Origin: Promethearchaeota archaeon
GTDB taxonomy: Archaea > Asgardarchaeota > Thorarchaeia > Thorarchaeales > Thorarchaeaceae
Direction: 5' to 3'
DNA: 30,738 nucleotides
NCBI GenBank assembly: GCA_014728035.1
Contig: WJMJ01000125.1
Span: 1-30,738, forward strand
Shown here in pieces: positions 27,774-30,738 of this stretch. Each line of letters starts with the position of its first letter. The first letter of the stretch is position 1. The position numbers and the translations under genes were made by a program. The notes under the pieces are model-generated. The model was not told the DNA's origin. It did no database searches and saw nothing but the letters and a program-made list of their open reading frames with translations.

Positions 27774-28967
27774 CTATCCAAGTAATTTTGATTTTACATA
27801 ACTAGGGATAATAGAAAAAATTGTTCCTCTAACAGACCGGATCCCTAAAAGTAATTCTGCGATTTTCCTCTGGTTCTTTTTACTACTCAAGAAACTGTTA
27901 TTCATTCTATCAGATCCAGAATCCAAGAATAGACTTTGCAAACGCAACCCCCATTTCAAATCAGAACCAAATTCCTTCTGCCAAAGTTTGTCGTACTTTT
28001 TCAGAAAATCATCATCAAATCTTTTTTCCCTAGCTGCTTCTATTGCAACAGATGCTGCGATACGTCCCGCAAAAAGAGCATAATGGATACCCTCGCCCGT
28101 TATAGGAGAACATTGCCCACCCGCATCTCCAGCAAGGAGAATCCCATTAGCATGATTTGGAGTTACAGGTCCCGATAGTGGCAATACTGCTGCTTCGCGT
28201 TTAATTACCCGGTGATCATTCAAACGGTTTTCATGTTCTGAAATATAAAGTAGCAATGTGTTGAGATATTCGTTAAGATTCTTCTTTGCAGATTTCACCC
28301 TAGAAATTAACCCGCCTGTTCCGACAACAACGTGTTGCCCTCTTGGAAAAATCCATGCGTAACCTCCAGGTGAAAAGGTTTTTCCATAATAGAAGTCATT
28401 GACTGTTGGAATAGATTCATCAGTTTCTAGATGATACTGCATTGCGTAACCCATCTGACCATTATCCAGACGATTTCTGACGAGACCTCTCTTTAATGAA
28501 ACTGGATTTGCACCACTGCAATCAATCACCAGCCCAGATGAAACCTGAAACTTCTCATCTCCAGACTGAACATTGCAAACCATTTTTCTTTGGATACGTT
28601 CGATGCTCGTAACAGAGCAATCAAAATAATGATTCGAACGAATTATATCAGCTTGTTTCAGCAAATAGGAACCCAAATCGCCTCGGTCCACATTTACACC
28701 AACTTGCTCATCAAATTGAACTATGACCGAGTCCATACCTGGAAATTTCATACGTACAGCTAAGACTGGATACGAATTAGGGATATCTTTCAAATCAAAA
28801 TCATCTATAGCCCTACCTGAAACAAATCCCCCACAAACTTTGTTCTGTCCTGGTTTGGAATCTTCCGTAATTATCTGGAAATCAATTCCATTATGAGTTA
28901 GTATTTTGGCTGCTGCAAGTGCCGCAGGACCCGACCCAATTACAATTATTTCAGTATCTGATGCCAT
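27774..28967 (-). CDS. Geranylgeranyl reductase family FAD oxidoreductase
   Basis: IVIGSGPA, KVCGG, PGGYAWIFP (PxxYxWxFP) and GDAGG..PITGEGI. True start probably MASDTE at 28967 (track starts at 29096). Confidence 0.9.
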   Translation of the reverse strand: MASDTEIIVIGSGPAALAAAKILTHNGIDFQIITEDSKPGQNKVCGGFVSGRAIDDFDLKDIPNSYPVLAVRMKFPGMDSVIVQFDEQVGVNVDRGDLGSYLLKQADIIRSNHYFDCSVTSIERIQRKMVCNVQSGDEKFQVSSGLVIDCSGANPVSLKRGLVRNRLDNGQMGYAMQYHLETDESIPTVNDFYYGKTFSPGGYAWIFPRGQHVVVGTGGLISRVKSAKKNLNEYLNTLLLYISEHENRLNDHRVIKREAAVLPLSGPVTPNHANGILLAGDAGGQCSPITGEGIHYALFAGRIAASVAIEAAREKRFDDDFLKKYDKLWQKEFGSDLKWGLRLQSLFLDSGSDRMNNSFLSSKKNQRKIAELLLGIRSVRGTIFSIIPSYVKSKLLG

Positions 28968-29082
28968 TACAAATAATGATGAAAAGAACCATCCTAATAA
29001 TGTTCGCAGTATCAAGAAAACAAATGTACATGCTATTATCCAAGTTGTACACGTTTCGTCATTAATCAAAATAGAAGAAAGT

Positions 29083-29168
29083 AGTAACGTGTACACATAG
29101 AGGAGGGGAATCTATACACACCACTGAAATAAATTCCCGGGGCATTTCAGCTTTCTGTACACGTTACT
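29083..29168 (-). ncRNA. Candidate structured RNA or palindromic DNA site, 13-bp closing inverted repeat
   Basis: AGTAACGTGTACA/TGTACACGTTACT encloses hairpins 29097-29115 and 29124-29150, whose loops are complementary. Confidence 0.35.
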
Positions 29169-29348
29169 TTTTCTAAAACACAATGTTAGAGAATTTTGGA
29201 ACATTGAGCTTATGAATATAGAGAGGAGATATCCAACGTATGGACGAGTGAATGTATTCTGTGATTTTCAATTATCACATAGTACACGTCAGTTCTTTCT
29301 GGATAAACTATACGTTTACTAAATATAGAAGGTTGTATTATCTAACTC

Positions 29349-29954
29349 TTATTTGTAAGAAATTCGATCAGCAAAGTTAGATAGTACACTATCAGGTATT
29401 GAACCCTCCAAAGCGGCATCTGCAATAAGTTCCAATGTAGAGTCGAGTTCTAACACTTCTAGATTAGGATGAGAGAAAAAGGCAGATACATCTAATCGAT
29501 CAATAGGATTGTTTGTAAGATAAAAATATTTGAATTTGCTGCAGTTTGTTAGAGGTGATATGTCTAATGTGGAAATCTGGTTATCGGATAGATCAAGACC
29601 TTGAAACTCTGAGCATTCAGATAACGGACTCAAATCTAAATTTGTTAATTGATTACCATATAATCCAAGAAGTTGTAGTTTGGGACATTTGCTTAATGGA
29701 GCAAGATTCAACTCTGTCAAATGATTTGAACTAAGATGGAGCTGTTCCAAGCCTTTGCAAGCAGAAATTGGAGAAATGTCAATATCTGTAATGAATAGCT
29801 CAGTTAATGCAATTTCTGTTACATCATCTATCATGTCAATGTCAAATTCTTCGCCTTGTGATAATTTTACCTTGAAGCTGACAGTGTTCAATGCTTTTTC
29901 CCCTTGCTTGTATGACGTTTCTACGTTCAGTCCCAAATTGAATGTGAGAAACAA
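29349..29954 (-). CDS. Leucine-rich repeat protein (internalin-like)
   Basis: About 5 repeats of 22 aa, LxxLxLxxNxLxxLDLSPLxxC. True start may be TTG at 29891. Confidence 0.9.
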   Translation of the reverse strand: MFLTFNLGLNVETSYKQGEKALNTVSFKVKLSQGEEFDIDMIDDVTEIALTELFITDIDISPISACKGLEQLHLSSNHLTELNLAPLSKCPKLQLLGLYGNQLTNLDLSPLSECSEFQGLDLSDNQISTLDISPLTNCSKFKYFYLTNNPIDRLDVSAFFSHPNLEVLELDSTLELIADAALEGSIPDSVLSNFADRISYK

Positions 29955-30044
29955 GACTGAGACGTATTTTTCACTAATAACCGAAACTGTGATGAATTGC
30001 TTCCTAACAATGATTGTTTTAGATATCTGATCTAATGTTTCACA

Positions 30045-30608
30045 TTAGATTACGGGAGGTTGGCTCTTATCTATATGACTCCATGGTGTTGGTTTTCCAG
30101 TGGTTTCAATAAATCGATGAATAACTTCTTTGATACCTTCTGGATTGGGAATTCCTTCCCAGATCATAGCTGGTTTATCAGCATTCTCAGTGTATATTTT
30201 TAAATCTCCAGTACCTACGCGCTCATGTTCTTCATCTTTTTCAATATCAATTCTAGTGATATCATCAAAGAAAATTCGTTTTGCACTTTTCCTTATGAAT
30301 CCAGCATAAATTCGAACATTCCAACTTGTAATAATATACTTTGTTTGTCTACGAACAATCTCAGTAAAAATAACGATAGATGTACCGATAATGATTGCTG
30401 CTAATCCAGTTATCCAAGCAAATAATGTGTATTGAACATCCATTGGTGTTGTGATATTATACATAAGTCCAACTAAAGCAATAATTGTTCCCACTACATA
30501 ATTGAGAACATTTGAAGTTCTACTCTGATAAAAAATATCAACGAGAAGTTCAACGTCTTTTGGCCTCATTTTGGCATCGGGCGTTTCACTCATTCTGGAC
30601 ACACTCAC
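30045..30608 (-). CDS. Membrane protein with bacterial-type PH (bPH_2) domain
   Basis: 2 TM helices, then YIITSWNV..GFI..I.FDDI..I..GTGDLKI..GIPNP. Confidence 0.8.
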   Translation of the reverse strand: MSVSRMSETPDAKMRPKDVELLVDIFYQSRTSNVLNYVVGTIIALVGLMYNITTPMDVQYTLFAWITGLAAIIIGTSIVIFTEIVRRQTKYIITSWNVRIYAGFIRKSAKRIFFDDITRIDIEKDEEHERVGTGDLKIYTENADKPAMIWEGIPNPEGIKEVIHRFIETTGKPTPWSHIDKSQPPVI

Positions 30609-30658
30609 TTCTCCAACAAAACCGACTTATCAAGGTGTCGAAGCAGAAAAAGATTTGA

Positions 30659-30676
30659 GCCCGGTAAGTACCGGGC
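30659..30676 (-). terminator. GC hairpin followed by T tract
   Basis: GCCCGGT-AAGT-ACCGGGC; on the minus strand it is followed by TCAAATCTTTTTC. Confidence 0.6.
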
Positions 30677-30693
30677 GTGGCATAAATAGTATC

Positions 30694-30738
30694 TTAGCTG
30701 GGATAGATTTCCCACAGAACATCACAAGCATGAACAAC
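30694..30738 (-). CDS. Probable 3' end of a gene entering from beyond the window
   Basis: Open frame VVHACDVLWEIYPS* immediately before the terminator-like hairpin. Confidence 0.4.
   Translation of the reverse strand, partial: VVHACDVLWEIYPS

Noticed and set aside
28968-29096. Hydrophobic N-terminal extension of the GGR
   Set aside because: The Rossmann motif starts right after Met 28967, and the extension overlaps the repeated intergenic motif.
25330-29340. CRISPR array or replication origin for the short repeats
   Set aside because: Repeats are 8-14 bp, irregularly spaced and in mixed orientation. No cas or cdc6/orc1 gene and no recognisable ORB box in the window. An origin is not excluded but is unsupported.
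290-30030. Many 60-112 aa ORFs overlapping long genes (e.g. 1078..1317, 4140..4439, 18159..18473, 25006..25311, 29755..30030)
   Set aside because: Antisense or off-frame to well-supported CDSs, with no motifs.

Overview
AT-rich, gene-dense window that looks archaeal, most likely Asgard (Thorarchaeia-like). This rests on a stand-alone gelsolin domain, an internalin-type LRR, an EMC3/TMCO1 (DUF106) insertase, a geranylgeranyl reductase and GGTGAT/GGAGG-type RBS and TTTATA boxes; the taxonomy is inferred, not searched. It has about 30 CDSs. Enzymes: adenine deaminase, D-cysteine desulfhydrase-like PLP enzyme, DDAH and two amidohydrolases. Others: a VIT1/CCC1 transporter, a MoxR AAA+/VWA pair, two zinc-ribbon/B-box membrane proteins, tandem split-barrel paralogs, two HEAT proteins, and TPR, LRR and surface proteins. 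I saw no rRNA, tRNA, CRISPR array or transposase. Main leads: (1) an unrecognised domain present both stand-alone beside an HhH-HEAT-winged-helix gene and fused to HEAT repeats; (2) two three-way-junction RNA-like elements with loop complementarity; (3) an intergenic GTA(A/C)ACGT motif in about 10 copies; (4) two microproteins missed by the ORF track; (5) a VWA protein carrying a copy of its MoxR partner's lid. All family calls are from motif recognition by eye.
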